From: an uncultured Gammaproteobacteria bacterium
GTDB taxonomy: Bacteria > Patescibacteriota > Microgenomatia > 2-02-FULL-39-11
Length of the DNA: 64,000 nt
Direction: 5' to 3'
NCBI GenBank assembly: GCA_964520615.1
Contig: CAZFNL010000137.1
Coordinates: forward strand, 7,140 to 71,139
Part shown: positions 9,127 to 19,499 of the stretch, in pieces
Layout of the letters: every line of letters begins with the position of its first letter
How positions within the stretch are numbered: position 1 is the first letter of the stretch
Made by a program: the position numbers and the translations under genes
Notes under the pieces: model-generated
Database searches by the model: none
What the model was told of the DNA's origin: nothing
The model's input: the letters and a program-made list of their open reading frames with translations, nothing else

Positions 9127-10149
9127 TTAGTAACCCTTTAATATTTTTCTAGTTAATTCTACTGCATATGTCGCACAATAAAGTGGAGAAAGGGGAATAT
9201 CCTTTGCGTGGATATACTCCTGTATCCTTCCGCCAAATCCTTTCTTAAAAAGCGTCAGACCTTTCCATGGGTGACGGTCATTATTTTCAGGCGCTATTCC
9301 CCAGAAATTATATTGTTTCATACCCCTCCTCCTTGCTTCCCTAATTGCCTCCCACTGTAATAGATAATTGACTGGTATTTTGGAATCTAGTGAAGCACTA
9401 TGATGGTATATAGCCTGATGATTATAGAAAACAATAAGTGCGACCGCTAAAAGTTTATTGTTGTATAAACCTTTGAATAAAAGAATTTTATCCTCCTTTA
9501 ACATTTCACAAAATTCCTCCTCTATCCCCTGATGAGGAATAAAACGCTGTCGATGTGCTGTTTTTTTATAAATTTCCATAAAGAATTTCATATCTGACTG
9601 ATTTCTGCTTTTTTCTATCCTAATACCCATTTTTTCGCCTTGTTTAATAAGATAGCGGGTAGTCTTTCGCATACCAGATAAAAGAGACATTTCATCCTTA
9701 TCTATATCCAACACCCAGCAAATTTCTCCATCCATACGGTGTATTGGAGCATCAATAAACCCCTGTGATCTCAAAAGTGCCTGATTTTCTTTTGAATTCT
9801 CGATTAGAGGACTGATACGAATAAATTTTACTCCTTTACCAATTGGAGACGATTTCAAATAATCTAAGAGTGACTTGATATTTCCAGAATTCCACAAGCT
9901 CAGGATAGGTCCATGTCTTATATGAAGAAAAGTGCCTCTTTTAGCTCTTACTTTTTCAATTTGCGCTATGCCAATAAGATTGTTTTTTTCGTAAATACCA
10001 ATCCGAGTAAAATCCTGAGTCGCCAAACCATGTTTCTTCAATTTTTTCCTTATTTCACCCCAAATCCAGGCCTGAAATAGGCTTTGTGGTGCAGCTTTAG
10101 CTAGAAAATCTTCCCAGGTTCTTTTATTTTCCAAAGTTTTTATTTCCAT
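9127..10149 (-). CDS. FemAB-family peptidyl/aminoacyl transferase (peptidoglycan stem-peptide branching).
   Basis: Similar in length and pattern to FemX/FmhB (WEDFL...SLFQAWIWGEI N-terminus; LLQWEAIREARRRGMKQYNFWGI; KGLTLFKKGFGG). Confidence 0.55.
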   Translation of the reverse strand: MEIKTLENKRTWEDFLAKAAPQSLFQAWIWGEIRKKLKKHGLATQDFTRIGIYEKNNLIGIAQIEKVRAKRGTFLHIRHGPILSLWNSGNIKSLLDYLKSSPIGKGVKFIRISPLIENSKENQALLRSQGFIDAPIHRMDGEICWVLDIDKDEMSLLSGMRKTTRYLIKQGEKMGIRIEKSRNQSDMKFFMEIYKKTAHRQRFIPHQGIEEEFCEMLKEDKILLFKGLYNNKLLAVALIVFYNHQAIYHHSASLDSKIPVNYLLQWEAIREARRRGMKQYNFWGIAPENNDRHPWKGLTLFKKGFGGRIQEYIHAKDIPLSPLYCATYAVELTRKILKGY

Positions 10150-11401
10150 ATTGTTTTATAAGTTCTATTACTTTTTCAGCTTGCTTTATGCTCATAGCCT
10201 GATAGGTTGGCAAATTTACAGATTCTCTTGCGGCTAACTTTGCCTTAATATAATTGCCTTCTCTAAATCCTATCGCTTCCATACTTACACCATATGGATC
10301 AATTATACGATGATACCAATTTCCCAAAAGTATTCCTTCCCTTTTTGCATAAGTGAGTAAATCTGTAGCATTTTTTATAAAAATATTAAATCTCAAATAA
10401 ATAGCTCCAGGAGTTTCTTGTGGCAAAGTCAAACCTTTTACTTCCTTTAAGCTGGAAAAATAATAACGTGCAATTTCCTTCCTATGATTATTGAATTTCT
10501 CAAGCTTAGGTAACTGTATCAAAAGTAGCCTTGCTAAGGCATTTGGATATTTTGCAGGAAAAACTGAAGGTTTTTCCGCCTTCTTCTCGCAAGAATATAC
10601 GGGAAATGATAACAGATGCAGCCTCTGAAAAAAGTATAACAATATCTTTCCAATATAAATATTATAAAAGGGCAAAACAATAAAGAAAACTAAGGGATGG
10701 AGCAGTTGCTGGAAAATCCAGAAAATAGAAGGACTTGGAAGTTTCAGTTGATAGTGTTTTAGTTTACTGGAATCTATCTTAGAATGTTTATTTATAATTG
10801 CCATTCCACCAAATACTGATGATATCACTTTATCTCTTCCGAAACTAAAAAAAGCTGCGTCACCAAAAGTTCCCACTTCCCTATTTCCTACCTTTGCTCC
10901 CAAACTATGCGCACAGTCTTCTATAAGTATAAGTTCATGTTTTTGAGCAATTTTTTTGGTCTTTTCAATATTAGCAGGAATTCCAAAAGTATGTTGAACA
11001 ATTATTGCCCTCGTTTTAGAAGTTATGTACTGTTCTAGCAGATGAGGATCGATATTAAGACTATCATCAATATCAACATAGACAGGTTTTGCACCTGACC
11101 ATACAACCGGATCCGGTACAGCCACGCAAGTAAACGCCTGAATTATCACTTCATCACCCGGTCCTATACCTGCAGCCGACAGAATTGCCAAAAGAGCCGA
11201 CCGACCGCTATTAAACGATACAGAAACTTTTGCCCGAAAACGTCGATTAAACCAATTCTCCACTTTCTCAACAGCGCTTCCATGCTTCCAACTCAAAGGG
11301 GAGGAAATTATTTTTATTGCCGCCAGAACATCATCAATTCCTGTATTTGGAGACAATGAAATGGCGATCGGCCTTATCATAAATTTTATCCAGGAAATCA
11401 A
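10124..11401 (-). CDS. DegT/DnrJ/EryC1/StrS-family PLP-dependent sugar aminotransferase.
   Basis: GDEVIIQAFTCVAVPDPV, IEDCAHSLGA and FFSFGRDKVIS (catalytic Lys) motifs. Has a C-terminal extension. Confidence 0.8.
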   Translation of the reverse strand: MISWIKFMIRPIAISLSPNTGIDDVLAAIKIISSPLSWKHGSAVEKVENWFNRRFRAKVSVSFNSGRSALLAILSAAGIGPGDEVIIQAFTCVAVPDPVVWSGAKPVYVDIDDSLNIDPHLLEQYITSKTRAIIVQHTFGIPANIEKTKKIAQKHELILIEDCAHSLGAKVGNREVGTFGDAAFFSFGRDKVISSVFGGMAIINKHSKIDSSKLKHYQLKLPSPSIFWIFQQLLHPLVFFIVLPFYNIYIGKILLYFFQRLHLLSFPVYSCEKKAEKPSVFPAKYPNALARLLLIQLPKLEKFNNHRKEIARYYFSSLKEVKGLTLPQETPGAIYLRFNIFIKNATDLLTYAKREGILLGNWYHRIIDPYGVSMEAIGFREGNYIKAKLAARESVNLPTYQAMSIKQAEKVIELIKQYGNKNFGK

Positions 11402-13035
11402 AATAATTCCAACGCTTTTGTCGCTTCTTTTCCCTCAAAAACTGCTATTCCTTCCGGATCGTAATTCTTCTTCAAAATATTGACTATATTGGTTGGATCT
11501 GCCTCAACTTTAATTTCTAATTTTTTTTCCTCGGTTTCCTTTACTCCATCATTTATATCTGAATAAAAATTATTATTTGTCAAAATTATTTTATCGCATA
11601 TCTTTCCTGCTTTTCTACCTAATTCGTTGTGAATTCTCCTTGATTCTTTTCCCAATTCAATTAAGGGCGTCAGTACTAATATTTTTTTACCTTTATATAT
11701 TTTCATATAATCCAATGCAGCGGTTACTCCGTCCGGATTAGCATTAAATGTATCATCAATTACTGCCATTTTTTTCTCTTTAGAGATTATTTTCATTGTT
11801 TTATCAGCACTTTTGATACTTGTTATCAAATCGACAATTCGATCAAACGAAAGACCCAAATACATTGATGCTCCTGAGGCTAATAATAAATTTGGTATAT
11901 TTTGAACACCAGAAAGACTTGTACGAACAGTCCTGGTTTTATTCTTGCATTCCATGTCAAACGACAAAACATGAGGCTGCACCAGTTGATTAGTAGCCAA
12001 AATAGTTTCCCTCCCATTTTTTCTTAATTCTTGTACTTTGCTTTTATCTGTACTGCAAAAAATCATTTTCAAATCAGGTCTTCTTTTTTTCGTCCACTCT
12101 ACCATCTGCCTGACTAATTTATTATCATAATTGAAAATAATTACTCCTCCTTTTTGGATACTCAATACAAGTTCAAATTTGGCTTTCATAATATTTTCCA
12201 GACTACCAAATAGTTCCAAATGCTGGATGTTTACTCCCGTTATAATACCCACTTTTGGTTTAACAATTTTGCAAATGGCTGCTATTTCTCCTTTCTTGTA
12301 GGCTCCCATTTCAACAATAAAAAAGTCGTTATTGCTTTTTAAGTTTCTTATTACTGTTTTGGCTATTCCGATTTCAGTATTTTGAGAACCAATAGTCTTT
12401 AGCACTTTAAAGTCTTTTTCCAGTAATTGATAAAGAAACTCCTTAGTAGAGGTTTTACCAAAGCTTCCGGTAATCCCAATTGTGGTAAGTCTAGGGTTTG
12501 ACTTAATTTTTCTTTTAGCAATAACAATCGTAATCAACTTGTATACTCTTGAAGGAATGGCGGTTGCTGCAATGGAAAAAAGTATTATAAGTGGCAATAA
12601 ACGGTCAAAAAGTTGAACTTTTATAATCATATTCGCTTTGGTCAGAATAAATAAAAACAGCAATATTTGTGAAGTAAGAATAATTACAACAATTGATCTC
12701 AGAGTCAATTTAGGTATGACAAATGCATGAGTGCCCCGTCTTACAAAAACAGAAGACTCCATAATATAAATAATTAGTACTATAAATATCCAAAATGGAA
12801 CTCCTGTTGTCCCCAGTAAAACTAAGGATAAAACAAAAACTATCCACTTAATAAAAACAAGAGGATTAAATATGATATTTCGTCCCGCAAGAGTATTATG
12901 AATATGGGCGTACAACCTATCCCAACGATACTCCTTCAACTGCAAAAGATAAATCTCGTATAGAGAAACTCTGACGATATGCAAAAAGAATAATATGTAC
13001 ACTAAGGGAGTAGCAAATACAAATATTGTATTCAT
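11398..13035 (-). CDS. murF: UDP-MurNAc-tripeptide--D-Ala-D-Ala ligase MurF in which the canonical N-terminal domain is replaced by a ~180-aa polytopic membrane domain.
   Basis: The ligase core from ~aa 185 has GITGSFGKTSTKE (P-loop), GSQNTEIGIAKTVI (cf. NNxIGxP), MGAYKKGEIA and DDTFNANPDGV. The N-terminal 180 aa form about five hydrophobic helices. Confidence 0.75.
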   Translation of the reverse strand: MNTIFVFATPLVYILFFLHIVRVSLYEIYLLQLKEYRWDRLYAHIHNTLAGRNIIFNPLVFIKWIVFVLSLVLLGTTGVPFWIFIVLIIYIMESSVFVRRGTHAFVIPKLTLRSIVVIILTSQILLFLFILTKANMIIKVQLFDRLLPLIILFSIAATAIPSRVYKLITIVIAKRKIKSNPRLTTIGITGSFGKTSTKEFLYQLLEKDFKVLKTIGSQNTEIGIAKTVIRNLKSNNDFFIVEMGAYKKGEIAAICKIVKPKVGIITGVNIQHLELFGSLENIMKAKFELVLSIQKGGVIIFNYDNKLVRQMVEWTKKRRPDLKMIFCSTDKSKVQELRKNGRETILATNQLVQPHVLSFDMECKNKTRTVRTSLSGVQNIPNLLLASGASMYLGLSFDRIVDLITSIKSADKTMKIISKEKKMAVIDDTFNANPDGVTAALDYMKIYKGKKILVLTPLIELGKESRRIHNELGRKAGKICDKIILTNNNFYSDINDGVKETEEKKLEIKVEADPTNIVNILKKNYDPEGIAVFEGKEATKALELF

Positions 13036-13751
13036 TTGATGTAGCTCGGTAACTTATCCAGAAAATCATTTGGAGATTCGTATGGTAACTTGTGAGAGGC
13101 ATTTTTTACAACCACCAGCTTACTTGTGCTTATTGTTTTATTCATTTGCACTGCAACTGACAACGGGACAATTGCATCTCTTCCTCCCCAAACTAATATT
13201 GTAGGAATTTTCAAATTTTTCATTGGTAAAAGCAAATCCTCTCTTATAACTGACTTGAACGTATCTCTCATGTAACCGTCTGTATGCATATAATCCGAAG
13301 CTCCTGCCATTCTATATAATAACTTGCGCACAATTGACTGGATTTTACGTAATACGGGCATACTAAACACTACTCCACCAATCTTGCTTATAATATAGAA
13401 AAAATAAACTTTATACCTGTTTACTGGTATAAAACCGGGAACTCCGGTTAGAATAAGGTATGAAGCATATTTGGGGTATTTAGCACAATATTTCAGCGCA
13501 ACCCTTCCCCCAAAGGAATGCCCAATTATAATCGGATTCTTGATTTTATGCTGTCTTATATATAGAGAAAGAAAGCTTACGTAATCATCTAGTTGATAAG
13601 ACCTATTGACTTTACTATTCTTCCCAAATCCGGGTAAATCCGGAACATAAACCTTATTATTTTTTGCTTCAAGAAATTTAACTAACAAACCATATTTGCT
13701 GGAATATAATCTCCATCCGTGTAAAATAATTATTTCTTTGTTTTTTATCAT
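13032..13751 (-). CDS. Alpha/beta-fold hydrolase.
   Basis: GHSFGG nucleophile elbow (GxSxG) and a/b-hydrolase topology. Confidence 0.7.
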   Translation of the reverse strand: MIKNKEIIILHGWRLYSSKYGLLVKFLEAKNNKVYVPDLPGFGKNSKVNRSYQLDDYVSFLSLYIRQHKIKNPIIIGHSFGGRVALKYCAKYPKYASYLILTGVPGFIPVNRYKVYFFYIISKIGGVVFSMPVLRKIQSIVRKLLYRMAGASDYMHTDGYMRDTFKSVIREDLLLPMKNLKIPTILVWGGRDAIVPLSVAVQMNKTISTSKLVVVKNASHKLPYESPNDFLDKLPSYIK

Positions 13752-13803
13752 GTAACGAGATTGAATTTTTAGACTTTTAGAATTGCTTTTTGGGAAAAGG
13801 CAA

Positions 13804-15582
13804 TTATTTGACTGTTACAGACTTTGCCAGATTTCTAGGCTTATCAGGGTCAAGACCGCGTTTTATAGAAAGATAATATCCAAGGAGCTGTCCGACTATC
13901 ACTAGAGGAATAATTGAAGATAAACCACAATCCCTTACAGGTAAGTAATAATCAAAAACCTCATGCGGTTTATAGGATATGCCTATTATGTAACCGCCAC
14001 GGGCTTTCATCTCCATTGCTCCTGCTAGATTAGCGCCATAAGTTTCATCGTTAGGCAAAAACGCTATGCAAGGTATTCCATTTTCAATAAGCGCTATTAC
14101 TCCATGTTTTAATTCACCCGCAGCAAAGCCTTCAGCATGAATATATGAAGCTTCCTTTATTTTAAGTGCTGTTTCAAGAGCGATTGGATAAGAAAGGCCT
14201 CTCCCGATAACATAAATATCTCTGAATTTATAGATAATATCGACTAATTTTTTTATATTAATCAAATAAGCATCGCTTAATATCTCCTCAAGAGATATTA
14301 TCACTTTATCTAATTCTTTTTTTGCCTTATTTTTGTTTCCTGCAATGACGCTTGCCAATAAAATTAGATATGTTAATTTTGCGCTGAATGCTTTAGTGGA
14401 AACGACGGCCTTTTCAACACCAGCTCCTAATAATAGTTTATAGTCAGATAACCTGTACAATGTCGAGCCTAAAACATTTACTAATGCCCCAATTTTTACT
14501 CCGTGGGATTTTGCTTTCTTTACAGCGTCTATAACATCAATTGTCTCACCGGATTGTGATAATGCAATTACAAAACTTTTTGGAGTAAGAAAATCAGCAC
14601 TATAACCGAATTCACTGGCAGCAGCCCAATTAATATGTTTTTTTGCAATTTTAGAAAATATGTAGTTACCTGCAAGACAAGCATATGACGCGGTTCCTGA
14701 CCCGATTAGATACGTTCCATAAGACTTTTTAATCAGTTCTGAAAATTGCTCTATCTGCTTTTCGTTATTATCAACGATATCTTCAATGACTTTTGGTTGT
14801 TCAAATATTTCCTTAAGCATGTAGTAAGGAAATTTACCCTTATCGGCTATATTAATATCCCAACTCACTTTATTAAATTTCGCTTCCTTTTGAGAACCGT
14901 CTTTAGTACTATAAACAGAGATATTTTTGGAAGATACCGATATTATTTCTCCATCTTCAATAAAATAAATCCTATTCGTATGCGGTAAAATAGCGTGAGC
15001 ATCCGAAGCAAGAAAGTTTTCATCTTTCCCCTTACCTATTACTAGAGGGGAACCACTTTTCGCCGCCACAAATGTTTGTGTTAAACTATCCATAACTATA
15101 ATCGCATTAAGACCCTCAGACCTATTAAATGCTTGTCTTACGGCTTCCAATAAACCCATTTTCTTATAATTTTCTTCAATCATGTGGATAGCTACTTCCG
15201 TATCTGTTTCTGAAATTAATTTATGTCCTGATTTTATTATTTCCTTTTTCAGCTCATCATAATTTTCGATAATTCCGTTATGAATTATTGCTAGTTTCCC
15301 GCTACAGTCTAAGTGAGGATGCGCATTTATATCTGAAACTCCTCCATGCGTAGCCCATCGAGTATGTCCAAGCGCCATTCCACTCTCTGGCAAATCCGAA
15401 ACTGTCGCATTACCAATCTTTCCAACTTTCTTTTTAATCGCTATCTGATTTCCACTGATCCGCCGGTCTATGGTGGCAACTCCCCACGAATCATAGCCAC
15501 GGTATTCTAATGCTTTTAAACCATTCAAAACTATGTCCTTAGCATCATTTCTTATACCGATATACCCGAATATTCCACACAT
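13804..15582 (-). CDS. glmS: Glutamine--fructose-6-phosphate aminotransferase (isomerizing).
   Basis: MCGIFGYIG Ntn amidotransferase start, two SIS domains, C-terminal KSVTV. Confidence 0.95.
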   Translation of the reverse strand: MCGIFGYIGIRNDAKDIVLNGLKALEYRGYDSWGVATIDRRISGNQIAIKKKVGKIGNATVSDLPESGMALGHTRWATHGGVSDINAHPHLDCSGKLAIIHNGIIENYDELKKEIIKSGHKLISETDTEVAIHMIEENYKKMGLLEAVRQAFNRSEGLNAIIVMDSLTQTFVAAKSGSPLVIGKGKDENFLASDAHAILPHTNRIYFIEDGEIISVSSKNISVYSTKDGSQKEAKFNKVSWDINIADKGKFPYYMLKEIFEQPKVIEDIVDNNEKQIEQFSELIKKSYGTYLIGSGTASYACLAGNYIFSKIAKKHINWAAASEFGYSADFLTPKSFVIALSQSGETIDVIDAVKKAKSHGVKIGALVNVLGSTLYRLSDYKLLLGAGVEKAVVSTKAFSAKLTYLILLASVIAGNKNKAKKELDKVIISLEEILSDAYLINIKKLVDIIYKFRDIYVIGRGLSYPIALETALKIKEASYIHAEGFAAGELKHGVIALIENGIPCIAFLPNDETYGANLAGAMEMKARGGYIIGISYKPHEVFDYYLPVRDCGLSSIIPLVIVGQLLGYYLSIKRGLDPDKPRNLAKSVTVK

Positions 15583-15697
15583 ATAAAAATATATAACTCC
15601 GGAATCAAAATCCGTAGCTATATCTTAAGGAAAATATAATAATTACATAATAGTCGGTTAACATCCATATATTCCACCGAGGATTAAGACAGCTAAT

Positions 15698-17056
15698 TTA
15701 TGAGAATTTTAGACTGTTGCGTTCTCGTTTACGAGTTGAGTTAACAGTCTTCTGCAAATTATCTCTTATTACATACTCCTGTTTCGAAAGCAAACAATAT
15801 TTTCTATCCTCCAGATCTTTATCTAATACCACTCCTGCACCTATCAAACTGTCTTTTCCTACTTTTACTCCAGGCATAATCGAGGAGTTTACTCCGATTC
15901 TGACATTATCTCCTATAACTGCACCAAGTTTCACTTTACCCGTCTGAATTTTCTCATTTCTGACTTTAGAATTTATAATACCTTCATCGAGACGGAAATT
16001 GGCCAACACAGTACCAGATCCCATACTGACATTATCGGAAATGACACTATCTCCCACATAATTTGTATGAAACCAACAATTATTACCTATATGGCTTCGG
16101 GCTATTTCACTCCCGTTGCCAACTACACAACTTTCTCCAATCTCCGACTCTCTTACCAAAACGTTGTTACCAATAACTGTCCCTTTTCCGATATAAGCAG
16201 GACCAATTATCTTAGCATTCTCTAGAATTCGAACATTACTGTCTAAATAGACTTTTCCGGTGATTATGGCTGATTCTGATATTTGTACGTTATTAGAAGT
16301 TTTATTTTCAAGTTGATTTAAGAAATAGGCAGATAGATTCAATACGTGCCATGGATACTTTAAATAGCCCCAAAAACCGTTGTAGTGAAGAAATTTTAGT
16401 CTTAAGCCGTCTTTAACCATACCGTCAATTGCCTGTTCATAAACATCATCATAGTCTTTCTTAATTTTCTCTATTTTCTGAATTAAAAGAGTGCTATCCT
16501 TAAAATAGTCAAAAACAAATGTAACAATATTGCTGGGAAGTTTTTTGGGTGACGGCTTTTCCCTAAGACCTTTTACTTCATCTTTTAATATTTCCAAATA
16601 TCCTCCAGGAAAGTATGTTTCCATCGTGATACCAGAAATTATTCCATCTGCCTGATATTCACTTTTTGCCATCTTTTGAAATTTTGAAAACAATATATCT
16701 TCATACACATCTGATGGGCCAACTACAAGTATTGGTTTACCCGCAACAATGTCTTTCACAGATAACATCGCTCCTGCCATACCTTTCATATTTATCTGGT
16801 CAACAAATGTCACATCAATTGATGAAAATACACTTATCCATTTTTCTATAGTATGCCTGTTATCTTTATTGGTAATTATTATAAATTTCTTAAATCCCCA
16901 CCTGTTAAGTTTGGCAATTGTATGATAAATCAATGGCTTTCCTACAAAAGGAATTAGGTTTTTATCTCCCAGAGGCCATAATCTGGATGAATCTCCACCT
17001 GCAAGTAAAATGACATTAATATTTTCCATAAATGGATTTTTAATTTTTAATATCAA
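15698..17056 (-). CDS. Bifunctional sugar-1-phosphate nucleotidyltransferase / hexapeptide acetyltransferase (GlmU-like).
   Basis: N-terminal LLAGGDSSRLWPL nucleotidyltransferase G-loop. The C-terminal left-handed beta-helix has repeated [LIV]G hexapeptides. Adjacent to glmS. Confidence 0.6.
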   Translation of the reverse strand: MILKIKNPFMENINVILLAGGDSSRLWPLGDKNLIPFVGKPLIYHTIAKLNRWGFKKFIIITNKDNRHTIEKWISVFSSIDVTFVDQINMKGMAGAMLSVKDIVAGKPILVVGPSDVYEDILFSKFQKMAKSEYQADGIISGITMETYFPGGYLEILKDEVKGLREKPSPKKLPSNIVTFVFDYFKDSTLLIQKIEKIKKDYDDVYEQAIDGMVKDGLRLKFLHYNGFWGYLKYPWHVLNLSAYFLNQLENKTSNNVQISESAIITGKVYLDSNVRILENAKIIGPAYIGKGTVIGNNVLVRESEIGESCVVGNGSEIARSHIGNNCWFHTNYVGDSVISDNVSMGSGTVLANFRLDEGIINSKVRNEKIQTGKVKLGAVIGDNVRIGVNSSIMPGVKVGKDSLIGAGVVLDKDLEDRKYCLLSKQEYVIRDNLQKTVNSTRKRERNSLKFS

Positions 17057-18375
17057 TCTTTTACCCTTACTATATCTGCACCCAGTTTTTTTAATTTCTG
17101 CTCTATTCTTTCGTAACCACGATCTATATGCTCAATACCCTCAACAACACTTTCCCCTTGTGCGATTATTGAGCTAATCAGAAGTGATGCTCCAGCACGT
17201 AAATCCGTAACCTCCAAAAGCGCGTTATGCAGTTTCTGCGGTCCAAATATACGTACAGCATGGCAACTTCCCTTTTTCCGATCACTCCAGTTGAAATTAT
17301 AAGTATTTAGAGGATTTTTAACGTTAGGACTAAAAAGTTCAATTTTTGCTCCCATTTTTTGCAACTGTTCCACATAACCAAACCTATCCTCATATATAGT
17401 CTCATGTACTTGAGAAATTCCATTTGCTTGAGTCATAAGAATCACCCACGGTGCTTGCCAATCAGTCATAAATCCTGGATATACATCTGTCTGTACATTT
17501 GTTGGTAACAATCTTTTAGTAAAATAGAACCTGGTCTTATTACTTGAAATAGGTTCCCATCCGGCCCCAGTATCATCTAGCTTCTGCAAGAAACTCTTCA
17601 AATACTCGCGCTGGGTTCCCCCAACAATAACATCTCCTCCTGAAGCGATTGTTGCCAATGCAAACGTTACCACCTCATTTCTGTCTGGCATAATTTCAAA
17701 TTCAGCACCGGAAAGACATTTCACTCCTGAAATTATAATTGTTCTTTTCTGGCGCCTAATTCTTGCACCCATCAGATTTAACAATTTTATAAGATCATCT
17801 ATCTCTGGTTCTTGAGCTGCATTTTCTAGCACTGTCTCCCCATCTGCCAATACGGCTGCTAAAATAAGAGTTTCGGTGCCGGTATGAGTATTCTGTCTAA
17901 AAGTATAGTTGGTACCGTGCAATCCATCAGTTCGTGCGTAAAAATAGCCATCCTCATACGTTATAATTGCTCCCATTGATTTAAGACCCTCTATATGTCT
18001 GTCAATTGGTCTTCTACCAATTCTGCACCCTCCAGGATTTGGAACACGTGCTTTTCCAAACCTTGCGAGAAGTGGCCCAATTACCATAGTGGCGGTCCTA
18101 AATAGCCCACCTAATTCAAAAGGAACTGTATACGACTTTATCCCATCACCCCTTATAGTCATCGTATGATTTTCATTAACGTCCGCTTTTACTCCTAAAG
18201 GTTTAACAATATCTATCGTACCCAACACTGAAGATATATTTGGGATATTACGAACAACAATTGTTTTATCTGTAAGAAGTCCTGCCAAAACGATCTTCAT
18301 CGCAACATTCTTTGCACCGCTTACAGTAACTTCCCCTTTTAATTTGTGGCCACCTTTTATCAGAAATCTTTCCAT
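17053..18375 (-). CDS. murA: UDP-N-acetylglucosamine 1-carboxyvinyltransferase.
   Basis: EPSP-synthase fold. N-terminal KGGHKLKGEVTVSGAKN, length 440 aa. Confidence 0.9.
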   Translation of the reverse strand: MERFLIKGGHKLKGEVTVSGAKNVAMKIVLAGLLTDKTIVVRNIPNISSVLGTIDIVKPLGVKADVNENHTMTIRGDGIKSYTVPFELGGLFRTATMVIGPLLARFGKARVPNPGGCRIGRRPIDRHIEGLKSMGAIITYEDGYFYARTDGLHGTNYTFRQNTHTGTETLILAAVLADGETVLENAAQEPEIDDLIKLLNLMGARIRRQKRTIIISGVKCLSGAEFEIMPDRNEVVTFALATIASGGDVIVGGTQREYLKSFLQKLDDTGAGWEPISSNKTRFYFTKRLLPTNVQTDVYPGFMTDWQAPWVILMTQANGISQVHETIYEDRFGYVEQLQKMGAKIELFSPNVKNPLNTYNFNWSDRKKGSCHAVRIFGPQKLHNALLEVTDLRAGASLLISSIIAQGESVVEGIEHIDRGYERIEQKLKKLGADIVRVKD

Positions 18376-18416
18376 CTCTTTTTGAAATAGATTAAATATA
18401 CATGTATATCTGACGC

Positions 18417-19418
18417 TTAAAATTCGCCCACAAGGACTATTTCTTCTTTCAACTCTACTCCAAACGCATCTTTCACTCTTTTTTTTGCGGTATTTATCAA
18501 TTCTAACACATCTGACGCCTTTGCTCCGCCCGAATGGATAATAAAATTAGAATGATGATCGGAAAATCTTAATGGACCTTTGGAAAAACCTTTGAGTCCT
18601 GCTCTTTCAATAAGATATCCGGCGGAAACCGTCAAATTAGGCGTAGACAATCTTATTGCGTCACTCTTTTGTATATTGCGGAAGGTGCATCCCGAAGAAA
18701 AAACACCATGAGGCTGAGTGGTATTTCGATAATTTATAACCTCTGTCGCTTCCTGCCAAAGTTCTTCCCTATCACCGACGATAAGCTCTAAAACCACAGA
18801 AAGAACGATCTCACGGGTTTTCTGCAAAATAGAATAATCATATCCAAACTTAAAATACTCACCCGCAACTTCTTTTTGTTTGCCTTTTTTATCTATTAAT
18901 TTTGCTCCAACCAATCGTTCTCCGAAAAATTTACCTTTTTTCATATTATGAGCGTTAATATAAACTGCGCCTCCTACAGTACCCGGCTGTCCCAAAAAAT
19001 ATTGTAAACCAGAAAGTCCCTGATCCAGGGAATATCTCACTAATCTATTCAGACTAACTCCACTATCAACCTCAATATAAACAGTATGTACTCCGGTTCT
19101 TATCTTCCGACCCACAGGCTTTTCTTTTCCTCCTTTAGCCCCAACGAATTTTATTCTCTTCGTTTCGTTTTTAATAACCAGTCCCCTAAAACCCTTATCG
19201 GATATAAGAAGATTTGAACCTCCTCCTATCACAAAAAAAGGGGTATCAAATTGGGCAGCAAGATATATGGCATTAAGTAAATCCTGTGAGTCTTGGGCGC
19301 GAAAGAATAAATCTGCAGTTCCACCAATACGAAAGGTAGAATATTTATAAAGCGGTTCTGCTTCTAAAACTCTTGCTTCACCTAATGCTTTTTTTAATTC
19401 AGGATAAATAGCTTTCAT
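18417..19418 (-). CDS. murB: UDP-N-acetylenolpyruvoylglucosamine reductase.
   Basis: FAD-binding FRIGGTADLFF ... VIGGGSNLL, and the MurB C-terminal domain. Confidence 0.85.
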   Translation of the reverse strand: MKAIYPELKKALGEARVLEAEPLYKYSTFRIGGTADLFFRAQDSQDLLNAIYLAAQFDTPFFVIGGGSNLLISDKGFRGLVIKNETKRIKFVGAKGGKEKPVGRKIRTGVHTVYIEVDSGVSLNRLVRYSLDQGLSGLQYFLGQPGTVGGAVYINAHNMKKGKFFGERLVGAKLIDKKGKQKEVAGEYFKFGYDYSILQKTREIVLSVVLELIVGDREELWQEATEVINYRNTTQPHGVFSSGCTFRNIQKSDAIRLSTPNLTVSAGYLIERAGLKGFSKGPLRFSDHHSNFIIHSGGAKASDVLELINTAKKRVKDAFGVELKEEIVLVGEF

Positions 19419-19499
19419 TATGAATAATTTTGCCTTCAGTAACGATAATTTTATGTTTTTTGGTATAAAAGTACAAAAATATTCGTTTATCGAATGGAT

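Noticed and set aside
15583-15697. Possible glmS ribozyme upstream of glmS.
   Set aside because: The gap is only 115 bp, AT-rich and lacks the conserved GC-rich glmS ribozyme core. An ordinary GGAG Shine-Dalgarno is present.
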